This document shows, piece after piece, positions 28,931 through 38,460 of a DNA stretch of 64,000 nucleotides. The notes below the pieces were generated by a model. The model saw nothing but the letters and a program-made list of their open reading frames with translations, was not told the DNA's origin and ran no database searches. The DNA lies in assembly GCA_045660545.1 (NCBI GenBank), contig JAZREA010000005.1:5416-69415 (forward strand). The letters run 5' to 3'. This DNA comes from Clostridia bacterium (lineage in GTDB: Bacteria; Bacillota; Clostridia; Monoglobales; Firm-18). The number at the start of each line of letters is the position of its first letter. Position 1 is the first letter of the stretch. The translations under genes were made by a program, and so were the position numbers.

Positions 28931-31900
28931 ATGGGCGGTTTTGTTCACCTTCACACTCATACTGCGTATAGTCTTTTGGACGGTGCGTGCAGAATCGACA
29001 AGTTAATAAAGCAGGCAAAGGAGCACGGACAAGATGCCCTTGCTATTACCGACCACGGCGTTATGTACGGCGTGGTAGACTTTTATAAAGAGGCTAAAAA
29101 GAACGGAATAAAGCCTATTATAGGATGCGAGATGTACGTCGCCCCAAGGAGCCTTTTTGACAAGACGTATGAGCTCGATTACAAGAGATACCACCTTGTG
29201 CTGCTTGCGAAAAACAACGTGGGGTACAAAAACCTGGTAAAGCTTGTAAGCATTGCGCATATTGACGGATTTTATGTAAAGCCGAGGATTGACAAGACAA
29301 CACTGCTTCGTTACAGCGAAGGGTTGATTTGTCTTTCTGCGTGTGTTGCGGGCGAAATCCCTCAGCTGATACTCCAGGACGACATAGAAGGAGCAAAGCA
29401 GGCGGTTAAAGAGTACATCAGTATTTTCGGCAAAGAAAACTTTTACCTCGAGCTTCAAAACCACGGCTTACAGGAGGAAGCGAAGGTTAACAACCATCTT
29501 ATTAACTTTGCGCGTGAGTTTGGCGTGGGGCTTGTTGCAACAAACGATGTACACTATATACAAAAGCGCGACGCGAGGTACCAGGACGTTTTAATGTGTA
29601 TTCAAACGGGTAAAAAGCTGTCTGATTCGGACAGGATGAAGTTTGAAACAGATGAAATGTACTTAAAATCGACAGAGGAAATGACAAAAATATTTGAAAC
29701 TCTGCCGCAGGCTATCGAAAACACTAAGAAGATTGCGGACATGTGCAACGTGGAGCTGGAGTTTGGGAACTATCATTTACCTAAATTTGACTTGCCTTTT
29801 GGCACAGACCATTTTGAATATTTAAAGGAGATTTGTCTAAAAGGTTTAAGCGAGCGTTACAAAAACCCGGGCGAGCACATAAAACGACTTGAATATGAGC
29901 TTGGAATTATTAACAAAATGGGCTTTGTTGACTATTTTTTAATAGTCTGGGACTTTATAGATTACGCAAAGAAAAACGGAATATATGTGGGCCCGGGAAG
30001 AGGCAGTGCTGCGGGAAGCTTAGTTTCCTACTGTCTTAACATAACCTCGGTAGACCCTATTAAATACAGCCTTATTTTTGAACGATTTTTGAACCCATAC
30101 AGGATTACTATGCCTGATATAGATATGGACTTTTGCATCGAGCGCAGGGGCGAAGTCATAAAGTATGTAAAGGACAAGTACGGCGTAAACAATGTCGCGC
30201 AGATTACAACCTTTGGTACTTTGTCTGCACGCTCGGTAATACGAGACGTGGGAAGAGTTATGGACGTGCCGTATGCAGACACAGACGCGATTGCAAAGAT
30301 GATACCTATGGGGGTAGGGCAGACTATTGACAACGCGCTAAATACCAACCCTCAGCTTAAAAAGAGGTACGAACAAGAGGACGGCATAAGGCAAATGATA
30401 GACGCGGCGCGGGAACTTGAAGGGCTTCCGAGGCATGCTTCCACGCACGCGGCGGGCGTTGTTATAACAGAGGAGGAAGTGAGCGACTACGTTCCGCTTG
30501 CGCTTGCCGACGACCAGCCTGTTACACAGTATGTTATGACGGACTTAGAAGAACTCGGGCTTTTGAAAATGGATTTTCTGGGTCTTAGAAACCTTACGGT
30601 AATCAGGGACGCTGTCGAAAATGTAAAAAGGTGCAGAGGCATACAGATAGACATAAACAACATAGACTTTGAACGTCGCGAGGTGTATGCTCTTCTTTCG
30701 GCGGGGAACACCGACGGGGTTTTCCAGCTGGAGAGCGCAGGTATGAGAAACTTTATGCGCGAACTAAAGCCCGGGTGTATTGAAGACGTAATTGCAGGAA
30801 TATCGCTTTACCGTCCCGGACCTGCTGACTCTATACCCAGGTATGTGAAAAACAAAAACAATCCCAAAAACATTACTTACAAGCATCCGCTTTTAGAGCC
30901 GATTTTAAAGCCGACCTACGGATGTATTGTATATCAGGAACAGGTTATGCAGATTGTTCAGGACCTTGCGGGATATTCGCTCGGCAGAGCTGACATATTA
31001 AGAAAGGCTATGGGTAAGAAAAAACCCGAAGTGTTGCAACGTGAAAAACACGCCTTTATATACGGAGACGACGAGGTTGCAGGCGCAGTTAAAAACGGTG
31101 TGCCGGAGGACGTGGCGGAGTCGGTATTTAACGAGATGGCTGAATTTGGAAAATATGCCTTTAACAAGTCACACGCAGCAGCTTATGCGGTAGTTGCCTA
31201 CCAGACTGCATATCTTAAAGCGTTTTACCGCGAGGAGTTTATGGCTGCGCTAATGTCATCTGTGATAAACAACACGCCAAAGCTTAATGAGTATATTGCA
31301 GAGCTTCCGCATATGGGTATTAAGCTTTTGCCTGTTGATATTAACGAAAGTTTTGCAGACTTTACGCCCGTTAATGAAAACATACGTTTTGGAATGACTG
31401 CGGTTAAGAATGTGGGAAGAAGCTTTGTTGAGAACATAGTTTCAAACAGGGGAAAGGGATACACTTCGTTAAAAGACTTTTGCCGTAAAAACAGCCAGAG
31501 TGGTATGAACAAGAGGGCGTTAGAATGCCTGATTAAAGCAGGAGCCTTTGATTCTCTGGGAGGAAACAGGCCCCAGTATCTTGCTGTCTTTGAGAGGGTT
31601 GTGGATGAAGAGTCTAACATTTCAAAGAGCAACTTACACGGGCAGATATCGCTCCTTGGTGAAGAAATTGTAGTGGATGAACTGCCGAAAATGGATGACT
31701 TTGAAACAAACACCAAGTTGAAGTTTGAAAAAGAGGTTGTCGGGATGTATATTTCCGGACATCCGCTCGACGAATACAGAGAGTCGATTGAACAAAACTC
31801 AACTGTCAGTGTAGCACAGATTATCAGGTCGTTTGATGCCGACGGTCAGGGCGCCGTAGCTGACGGCACAAGCGTAAGGATTTGCGGAATGGTCGTGTCG

Positions 31901-32347
31901 TACGTTGGCAAAAAAACGAAAAGCGGACAGAGGATGGCGTTTGTTGAATTTGAGGACCTTGGCGGAAACATTGAGCTTATTTTATTCCCCAACGTATTTG
32001 TTAAGTTCGAGAAGCATATTTTTGAGAACAGCATTATACGATTAGAGGGTAAGGTAAGCGTCAGGGAGGATGAACCGCCTAAGATAGTGGTGGAGTCGGT
32101 TGCACCGCTTAAAAAGACTGCAAGTGAGAAGATGTATATAAAAATTCCTGACGGTACGGAAGGTAAGATTGATGTTATAAAAGAGGTGCTGAGGATTTTT
32201 GGCGGGGACGTGCCTGTATATTTGTACATCGAGTCACAAAAGAAATATCTTGCTGCGGACAGTTCGCTTTGGGTAACACCGACTGATGAACTGACAAGGC
32301 AGATTAAAAAAACTCTTGGCGACAGTTGTGAGGTTGTTATTAAATAA
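28931..32347 (+). CDS. dnaE: DNA polymerase III alpha subunit (DnaE type)
   Basis: FVHLHTHTAYSLLDGA PHP domain, pol III alpha core, OB fold; ATG at 28931 lies 9 nt after GGAGG. Confidence 0.96.
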   Translation: MGGFVHLHTHTAYSLLDGACRIDKLIKQAKEHGQDALAITDHGVMYGVVDFYKEAKKNGIKPIIGCEMYVAPRSLFDKTYELDYKRYHLVLLAKNNVGYKNLVKLVSIAHIDGFYVKPRIDKTTLLRYSEGLICLSACVAGEIPQLILQDDIEGAKQAVKEYISIFGKENFYLELQNHGLQEEAKVNNHLINFAREFGVGLVATNDVHYIQKRDARYQDVLMCIQTGKKLSDSDRMKFETDEMYLKSTEEMTKIFETLPQAIENTKKIADMCNVELEFGNYHLPKFDLPFGTDHFEYLKEICLKGLSERYKNPGEHIKRLEYELGIINKMGFVDYFLIVWDFIDYAKKNGIYVGPGRGSAAGSLVSYCLNITSVDPIKYSLIFERFLNPYRITMPDIDMDFCIERRGEVIKYVKDKYGVNNVAQITTFGTLSARSVIRDVGRVMDVPYADTDAIAKMIPMGVGQTIDNALNTNPQLKKRYEQEDGIRQMIDAARELEGLPRHASTHAAGVVITEEEVSDYVPLALADDQPVTQYVMTDLEELGLLKMDFLGLRNLTVIRDAVENVKRCRGIQIDINNIDFERREVYALLSAGNTDGVFQLESAGMRNFMRELKPGCIEDVIAGISLYRPGPADSIPRYVKNKNNPKNITYKHPLLEPILKPTYGCIVYQEQVMQIVQDLAGYSLGRADILRKAMGKKKPEVLQREKHAFIYGDDEVAGAVKNGVPEDVAESVFNEMAEFGKYAFNKSHAAAYAVVAYQTAYLKAFYREEFMAALMSSVINNTPKLNEYIAELPHMGIKLLPVDINESFADFTPVNENIRFGMTAVKNVGRSFVENIVSNRGKGYTSLKDFCRKNSQSGMNKRALECLIKAGAFDSLGGNRPQYLAVFERVVDEESNISKSNLHGQISLLGEEIVVDELPKMDDFETNTKLKFEKEVVGMYISGHPLDEYRESIEQNSTVSVAQIIRSFDADGQGAVADGTSVRICGMVVSYVGKKTKSGQRMAFVEFEDLGGNIELILFPNVFVKFEKHIFENSIIRLEGKVSVREDEPPKIVVESVAPLKKTASEKMYIKIPDGTEGKIDVIKEVLRIFGGDVPVYLYIESQKKYLAADSSLWVTPTDELTRQIKKTLGDSCEVVIK

Positions 32348-32361
32348 ATGTAAAATAGGTG

Positions 32362-32390
32362 TTGCTTTTTAGAAAAAAGTGTTGTAAAAT
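32362..32390 (+). promoter_or_regulatory. sigma-A-type promoter upstream of the small ORF and pfkA
   Basis: -35 TTGCTT 32362-32367, 17-nt spacer, -10 TAAAAT 32385-32390. Confidence 0.5.
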
Positions 32391-32462
32391 AATGTATTGT
32401 AGGGGTAATTTGGCATTTGTATAAGCCATTTACTCATATCGCACAGACAATTGGAGGTTAAT

Positions 32463-32645
32463 ATGTGGACGATAGTTTACACGGCACAGGAGAAAAACGA
32501 TACTGACATTATTTGCGACGCTCTTAGAAAGAGCAACATATTGGTCAAGACAATCAGTGCCGAAGGAGAAAACAAATACAACGTGCTTGTTCCTTCTACG
32601 GAAGTGGCACAGGCGCATGACGTTATGATTGACGTTACATTTTAA
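32463..32645 (+). CDS. small DUF2007-like protein
   Basis: 60 aa from the ATG at 32463 after GGAGG; conserved-looking small ORF immediately upstream of pfkA. Confidence 0.5.
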   Translation: MWTIVYTAQEKNDTDIICDALRKSNILVKTISAEGENKYNVLVPSTEVAQAHDVMIDVTF

Positions 32646-32657
32646 GGGGGATTGGAT

Positions 32658-33632
32658 ATGTCTAACATACATTGCATTGGAGTACTGACAAGCGGAGGGG
32701 ACGCTCCCGGTATGAACGCTGCTATAAGAGCTGTTGTTCGTTCTGCAAAATACTATGGGATGCGCGTTATGGGTGTTAAGAACGGTTACGAAGGTCTTTT
32801 GCATGGGGATATTTTCGAGATGGATGCTCGTTTTGTTTCTGACACGATGCACAGGGGAGGGACTATCCTTAGGACTGCAAGAAGTTCTGTGTTCAATACT
32901 CCCGAGGGTGTAAAGCGTGCTGTTGCAGAAGCGGGGTACTTCGGCATCGACGGTATGGTTGTTATCGGCGGAGACGGTTCGTTCCGTGGTGCGCGCGACC
33001 TTTGTCTTGCAGGACTACCTACAATCGGAATCCCGGGTACTATTGACAACGATATTCCCTATACTGAATATACGATAGGCTTTGACACTGCGATAAACAC
33101 AGCAAAAGAGGCTGTCGATAAGATCAGGGATACGGCCAACAGCCACAGCCGTTGTAGCATTATAAAGGTTATGGGCAGAAATTCGGGTAACATCGCCCTT
33201 AATGTAGGTATTGCCGCAGGTGCTGAGTCGATTTTGATCCCTGAAAAGGAAATAGACTTTGAAGCCGATATCTTAAAGCCTATTGAACAGGGCCGAGACA
33301 GAAACAAAAAACACTTTATTATAATTGTTGCTGAGGGCGTAAAGACAGATACAGGCAAGCTCGAAAAACAGATTGAAAAGGAAACCGGTATCGAAACGAG
33401 AACTACTATACTTGGATATCTCCAAAGAGGTGGCAGCCCCACAGTACTTGACCGTGTACGTGCCAGTGAGATGGGTTGTCGTGCGGTTCAGCTTTTGAAA
33501 GAGGGAACTGCAAACAGAATAATCGGTGTTAGAAACAACGAATTGTTCGATATGGACATACTCGAGGGACTGGACCTTCCCAACAAGCCTCGTGAAGACT
33601 TGATTGAGCTTTATCAGATTTTGTCAATTTAA
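32658..33632 (+). CDS. pfkA: ATP-dependent 6-phosphofructokinase
   Basis: IGVLTSGGDAPGMNAAIRAV, GGDGS, PGTIDND motifs. Confidence 0.96.
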   Translation: MSNIHCIGVLTSGGDAPGMNAAIRAVVRSAKYYGMRVMGVKNGYEGLLHGDIFEMDARFVSDTMHRGGTILRTARSSVFNTPEGVKRAVAEAGYFGIDGMVVIGGDGSFRGARDLCLAGLPTIGIPGTIDNDIPYTEYTIGFDTAINTAKEAVDKIRDTANSHSRCSIIKVMGRNSGNIALNVGIAAGAESILIPEKEIDFEADILKPIEQGRDRNKKHFIIIVAEGVKTDTGKLEKQIEKETGIETRTTILGYLQRGGSPTVLDRVRASEMGCRAVQLLKEGTANRIIGVRNNELFDMDILEGLDLPNKPREDLIELYQILSI

Positions 33633-33652
33633 TATAAGTTAGGGGTAATTTT

Positions 33653-34189
33653 TTGAATATTCCAAATTTATTATCTTTGTTCAGAATAATATTGGTTCCG
33701 GTTTTTGCCTACGAATTTTTGGCGAACGACAACTTTGTGCTGGCGGGTATATTCCTGCTGGTGTCCGGAATAACTGACTGTCTGGACGGATTTATTGCAA
33801 GAAAATTTAATATGATAACAGACCTTGGGAAACTGCTTGACCCTCTTGCAGACAAGCTGACACAAATTACAGCTGTTTTGTGCCTGGCGCTTAAAGGCTT
33901 TGACATGATGTGGTTTTTGTTTGGTGTGTTTTTGGTTAAGGATATCGCTTTGATTGTCGGAGGGATTACCATATATAAAAAGAAAGACTTGGTTGTTTCT
34001 TCTAACTGGTACGGCAAAATCGCGACGATAATATTTTATGTGGCTGTTATCTTTATGTCGTTATTTTACGATTCGATTGGAGAATCGATTAAAAACGGTA
34101 TTGCAGGCTTTATGATTTTGGCGTTTATTGTAGCTTTTGTGGCTTATGTTTTATATTATTTTTCAATTAGGTCAAAAAAAATTGAATAA
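33653..34189 (+). CDS. CDP-alcohol phosphatidyltransferase family protein (PgsA-like)
   Basis: 178 aa; DCLDGFIARKF...GKLLDPLADK = D-x2-DG-x2-AR...G-x3-D-x3-D motif; TTG start. Confidence 0.8.
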   Translation: MNIPNLLSLFRIILVPVFAYEFLANDNFVLAGIFLLVSGITDCLDGFIARKFNMITDLGKLLDPLADKLTQITAVLCLALKGFDMMWFLFGVFLVKDIALIVGGITIYKKKDLVVSSNWYGKIATIIFYVAVIFMSLFYDSIGESIKNGIAGFMILAFIVAFVAYVLYYFSIRSKKIE

Positions 34190-34194
34190 AGTAC

Positions 34195-34223
34195 TTGCAA
34201 AATGCTTTTTTATTTGTTATAAT
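34195..34223 (+). promoter_or_regulatory. sigma-A-type promoter of rpmB
   Basis: -35 TTGCAA 34195-34200, 17-nt spacer, TGT-TATAAT extended -10 at 34215-34223. Confidence 0.65.
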
Positions 34224-34290
34224 ATGATATGTTGTATAAAATTTGTTAATTTGAAATCCTTTTTTGTGATTATATAAGGAGGTGCGTAGC

Positions 34291-34524
34291 GTGGCTAAGT
34301 GTGAAATTTGCGGTAAGGGTGTTGCCTTTGGTATTAAGGTCAGCCACTCTCACAGAAGAAGCAACAGAATGTGGAAGCCAAACATCAAAAGAGTTAGAGC
34401 GATTGTTGAAGGCGAACATAAGAAAGTATATGTTTGCACTCGTTGTTTGCGTTCGGGAAAGGTAGAACGTAATTACGGTAGTACTGCTCCTGTAGCAGCT
34501 GAGGCAATTGAAGCAGCTGAATAA
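34291..34524 (+). CDS. rpmB: 50S ribosomal protein L28 with a C-terminal Ala/Glu-rich extension
   Basis: (V)AKCEICGKGVAFGIKVSHSHRRSNRMWKPNI is the L28 signature; GTG at 34291 lies 7 nt after AAGGAGG. Confidence 0.9.
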   Translation: MAKCEICGKGVAFGIKVSHSHRRSNRMWKPNIKRVRAIVEGEHKKVYVCTRCLRSGKVERNYGSTAPVAAEAIEAAE

Positions 34525-34548
34525 TAATGATGTATTTATGACACATAT

Positions 34549-34581
34549 AACCGCCGAACTGTTTCGGCGGTTTTTGCTTTT
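34549..34581 (+). terminator. rho-independent terminator after rpmB
   Basis: CCGCCGAA(34551-34558)/TTCGGCGG(34563-34570) then TTTTT. Confidence 0.85.
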
Positions 34582-34660
34582 TGTGTGACATTTTTTTGAA
34601 ACCTTCATATTATGTATTGAACGAAACAACTCAAATACTTATATGGGAGGTTAACGGTTT

Positions 34661-35476
34661 ATGAACGAGATTTCAAGACCAAACTGCGACTTTAAAGACG
34701 GCGTTTGCATACACACAGACCAAGTGTACGATTCTTGCAAAGAAAAGGACTGTCTTGAAGACTTGCAGGTTATTCTTACTGCTGAGGGCCAATGTATTGT
34801 TGACCAGGCTATTAACGTAAAGGTGAGAAGTGCAGAAGTTATCTGGGTGTTTACGGACTTAGAACCCGTTCCATTTAACAAAGGCTTTTACACTGTTGAT
34901 ATAAAATATTTCTTTAAGGTTGTACTTGATGTATTCCGTGGCGTTGGACACCCGACACAAGTAGAAGGACTTGCGACATACGACAAAAAGGTTATTCTAT
35001 TTGGATCTGAGGGAAGCTCTAAGATGTATTCTTCATCTTACAACCCCGGCAACCAGATGCCTGTAATCTGGAAGAAGAACAATCTTCCCAAGGCGATTGT
35101 TGAGGTTGTAGACCCGATTGCTCTTTCTGCAAGGATTGTTGACTCTAACGAAAAGTGCTGCTGTTGCTGTTGTGATGTTTCAAGCATTCCTGACTCGATT
35201 TGCAGCTGCTTTAACCAGGAACTTGTTGTGCCTTCTGACAACAGGAAGGTTTTGGTTACCTTGGGTATATTCACAATCATCAAGATTGAGCGTAACGTAC
35301 AGCTTTTGATTCCTGCGATTGACTTTTGCGTTCCGACAAAGGAGTGCACAGCTGCTACTGAGCAAAACCCATGCGAGCTTTTTAACTCACTCAGGTTCCC
35401 TATGGATGAATTTTTCCCGCCACAAAGGGATGAATTCTCCGGAGACTGTGGCTGCGGCGGCACAAACGGTAAATAG
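34661..35476 (+). CDS. cysteine-rich protein of unknown function (CCCCCC run)
   Basis: 271 aa, about 18 Cys including six consecutive Cys codons and a C-terminal GDCGCGG; GGGAGG SD; own terminator. Confidence 0.7.
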   Translation: MNEISRPNCDFKDGVCIHTDQVYDSCKEKDCLEDLQVILTAEGQCIVDQAINVKVRSAEVIWVFTDLEPVPFNKGFYTVDIKYFFKVVLDVFRGVGHPTQVEGLATYDKKVILFGSEGSSKMYSSSYNPGNQMPVIWKKNNLPKAIVEVVDPIALSARIVDSNEKCCCCCCDVSSIPDSICSCFNQELVVPSDNRKVLVTLGIFTIIKIERNVQLLIPAIDFCVPTKECTAATEQNPCELFNSLRFPMDEFFPPQRDEFSGDCGCGGTNGK

Positions 35477-35482
35477 AATAAT

Positions 35483-35522
35483 AAAAAGCGACAAGCAACC
35501 CAAACGGTTGTTGTCGCTTTTA
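35483..35522. terminator. bidirectional terminator between the Cys-rich gene and the araC-family gene
   Basis: AGCGACAAGCAACC(35487-35500)/GGTTGTTGTCGCT(35506-35518) flanked by A and T runs. Confidence 0.75.
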
Positions 35523-36365
35523 CTATTTTGAGAGGTTTTTGTACTTTGATGGAGACATACCTTCTTCGCGTCGGAACACTACGCTGAAATAGTTTTGGTT
35601 GCAAAAAGACAGCTTCTCGGCAATAGCCGAGATGGGAACGCCCTTTTTTATCATCTGCTTCGCTTCGGAAAGCTTTAATTTTAAAAAGTATTTATGTATT
35701 CCAAGCCCTGTGTATTTGCGGAAAACCTTTTTAAGATAGGCGGGGCTGACGTTACAAAGCGAGGCTGTTTCTTCTATTGAAATAGAGGTGTATTTGTGGT
35801 CGTTTAAAACATCAATAGCCTTTTTATAAATTTCGGTCTCTAAATTTGAAACGGAAGTTGTTTTTGCCAAAGGCTCGTTTTCGAGTGAAATGATAAATAA
35901 TTCAACAAGGGTTTTAAACTTTTGTCCTAAGGCGAGGTCTTTTTCCATTATTTGGAGAAGGTTGACGATATTTTGACTATTATGGTCAATAGGGGCGGGG
36001 AAAAACTCTGTGATTTTTCTTGCCTCTTCGATCTGGTTATCCGAGAGCTCTATTATGCGTTTTTCGAACTTTCTTATAAATTCGCCGGTAGCCATAAAGG
36101 TTATAACCAAAACCGTGGCCGGCTCGTCCCCGACAGAGCTAAGACTATGGAATTCGAGCGGCTTATGGAATATGACGCTGCCGCTTTGCAGCCTTATTAC
36201 GTCGTTGTCGGCTGAGACTATGACGTTTCCCTCTGTTACATAGACCATTTCCCAAAAATTATGTATCTCTCCCGAGAACCGGTAATCCTTGTAAATACGC
36301 CTTGTAAAGGCGGAGTAAAACTCTGTTATGTTAAAAATTGAGTTTAGCTTATATGGCTTAAACAT
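35523..36365 (-). CDS. AraC-family transcriptional regulator (cupin N-terminus + HTH)
   Basis: 280 aa; C-terminal AraC HTH (ISAIAEKLSFCNQNYFSVVFRREEGMSPSKY). Confidence 0.85.
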   Translation of the reverse strand: MFKPYKLNSIFNITEFYSAFTRRIYKDYRFSGEIHNFWEMVYVTEGNVIVSADNDVIRLQSGSVIFHKPLEFHSLSSVGDEPATVLVITFMATGEFIRKFEKRIIELSDNQIEEARKITEFFPAPIDHNSQNIVNLLQIMEKDLALGQKFKTLVELFIISLENEPLAKTTSVSNLETEIYKKAIDVLNDHKYTSISIEETASLCNVSPAYLKKVFRKYTGLGIHKYFLKLKLSEAKQMIKKGVPISAIAEKLSFCNQNYFSVVFRREEGMSPSKYKNLSK

Positions 36366-36523
36366 ATCTGTTGCCTCCGGTATCCAAAAACTAATATTTT
36401 GTAGCCAAAATTGTATAGAAATTATTAAAATAAGGGTGTATTATTAGCGTGTATGCTTATTTTAGCATAATAAATTTGTTTTGTAAATAACTATATTTAA
36501 ATATATTAAATTGGAGTGTGACT

Positions 36524-37369
36524 ATGAAGACAGGAGTTTTGGTTATGGCGGCCGGTATGGGCTCGCGTTTTGGTGGAATGAAGCAGATTGAGCCTGTTGG
36601 AGCTAACGGCAGAATAATACTTGACTACTCGATACACGACGCAGTTAAGGCCGGTTTTGACACTGCTGTAATAGTAATCAGAAAAGATACTGAGAAAGAC
36701 TTCCGTAACGCAGCGGGCAAGGCTATTGAAAAGATGATTGACGTAAAATACGTTTACCAGGAGCTCGAAAACTTACCTGACGGATACTCTGTTCCGGACG
36801 GCAGAACAAAGCCCTGGGGAACAGGACACGCGGTTTTAAGTGCTAAGGACGCTATCGACTTTCCGTTCATAATTATAAACGCTGACGACTACTACGGACA
36901 GTCTGTGTACAAAACCATGCACGACTACATAACAAACGACGGCGGAATGTGTATGGCAGGATACCGTCTTGGCAACACACTTTCTGAAAACGGTACGGTT
37001 GCAAGGGGTGTGTGCGAAGTAGAGGGCGGATACTTAAAAACCGTAGTTGAACACACGGCCATTTCGGCTTCTTCCGGAATATCGCTTGACAGCATCGTGT
37101 CGATGAATATGTGGGGACTTACTCCTGATATATTCGGCGTTTTGGACAGCGAATTTAAAGCATTTTTGGCTACTGACGGCGACCCGCTTAAAAAGGAATT
37201 CTTTATTCCTTCTGTTATAGACGGTTTGATTCACAACAATGGCGAAAAAGTAAAAGTTCTGACAACTGATGAAAAATGGTACGGTATGACGTACAGAGAG
37301 GACCTTGATTCTGTCAGAAAGGCTATTGCCGACCTTACAGAAAAAGGATTATATGAAAAGGATTTTTAA
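36524..37369 (+). CDS. sugar-1-phosphate nucleotidylyltransferase family protein
   Basis: VLVMAAGMGSRFGGMKQ N-terminal NTP-transferase motif; ATG at 36524 lies 7 nt after GGAG. Confidence 0.75.
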   Translation: MKTGVLVMAAGMGSRFGGMKQIEPVGANGRIILDYSIHDAVKAGFDTAVIVIRKDTEKDFRNAAGKAIEKMIDVKYVYQELENLPDGYSVPDGRTKPWGTGHAVLSAKDAIDFPFIIINADDYYGQSVYKTMHDYITNDGGMCMAGYRLGNTLSENGTVARGVCEVEGGYLKTVVEHTAISASSGISLDSIVSMNMWGLTPDIFGVLDSEFKAFLATDGDPLKKEFFIPSVIDGLIHNNGEKVKVLTTDEKWYGMTYREDLDSVRKAIADLTEKGLYEKDF

Positions 37370-37370
37370 T

Positions 37371-38444
37371 ATGAGAAGTAATTATAATATCGAAGAGGTT
37401 ATTAAACAATTTAATATTTCCTTTAATTACGGAAAGTACGGAAACGGACACATAAACGATACATTTTTAATTGAGCCCAAGAAGTACGTTCTTCAAAGAA
37501 TTAACAACGATATTTTTAAAAACGTTGAGGAACTGATGAAAAATATCGTATCTGTAACGGACTTTTTGCGCGAAAAGATTATTGCAAACGGCGGAGACCC
37601 CGACCGTGAAACAATGACAGTTCTAAAAACTGTTGACGGCAAAAACTATTGCGGTGACAACAACGGGAATTATTTTAGACTTTATAAGTTTATAGACGAT
37701 ACAAAGACTATTGACTCTAACCCGACACCGGAAGAATTTTACAGTGCTGCACGTGCCTTTGGTAAGTTCCAAAGGATGCTTGGCGACTTCCCGGCGGAGA
37801 ATATTTTTGAAGTTATTCCTGATTTCCACAACACGCCCGACAGGTTTGAAAAGCTTTTGGAAGCTATTAAAAACGACGTTGCTGGCCGTGCGAGCTCGGT
37901 TCAGGAGGAAATAGATTTTGCGCTTTCCTGCAAGGACTGGATATCTACTGTTTATGACGGAATTGTTGACAAGAGCATTCCTCTTAGAGTTACACATAAT
38001 GACACTAAAATCAACAACGTTTTGTTTGACAACAAGACTTCTGAGGCGATTTGTGTAATCGACCTTGATACAGTTATGCCGGGTTCTATGCTTTATGACT
38101 TTGGTGATGCGCTCAGAATTGGCGCTGCAACTGCTGACGAGGACGAAACTGACCTTTCTAAGGTAGAATTTGATCTTAACCTTTTCGAAAGCTTTGCAAA
38201 AGGCTTCTACGAAGAGGTAAAAGATATTATTACACAGCGTGAAAAGGAGCTTTTGGTCCTTTCTGCAAAGCTTTTGACTTATGAGTGTGGTATTCGTTTC
38301 TTGACAGACTACTTAAACGGCGACACATATTTTAAAATACACAGAGAACACCATAACTTAGACAGAACACGTACACAGTTTAAGCTCGTTCGTGATATAG
38401 AGAAAAAGACTAAGGAAATGGAAGATATTATAAATTCACTTTAA
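37371..38444 (+). CDS. nahK: N-acetylhexosamine 1-kinase-like (APH-fold) sugar kinase
   Basis: 357 aa from the ATG right after the upstream stop; GNGHINDTFLI...LQRINNDIFKN, HNDTKINNVLFD, VIDLDTVMPG motifs as in NahK/LnpB. Confidence 0.7.
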   Translation: MRSNYNIEEVIKQFNISFNYGKYGNGHINDTFLIEPKKYVLQRINNDIFKNVEELMKNIVSVTDFLREKIIANGGDPDRETMTVLKTVDGKNYCGDNNGNYFRLYKFIDDTKTIDSNPTPEEFYSAARAFGKFQRMLGDFPAENIFEVIPDFHNTPDRFEKLLEAIKNDVAGRASSVQEEIDFALSCKDWISTVYDGIVDKSIPLRVTHNDTKINNVLFDNKTSEAICVIDLDTVMPGSMLYDFGDALRIGAATADEDETDLSKVEFDLNLFESFAKGFYEEVKDIITQREKELLVLSAKLLTYECGIRFLTDYLNGDTYFKIHREHHNLDRTRTQFKLVRDIEKKTKEMEDIINSL

Positions 38445-38460
38445 TCCCGGGAGGAACAAC

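Noticed and set aside
35038-35604. 188-aa minus-strand ORF overlapping the Cys-rich gene and the terminator
   Set aside because: Its QQQQQ run is the reverse complement of the CCCCCC codons. It also spans a bidirectional terminator and the araC-family stop region. The plus-strand gene has an SD and coherent boundaries.
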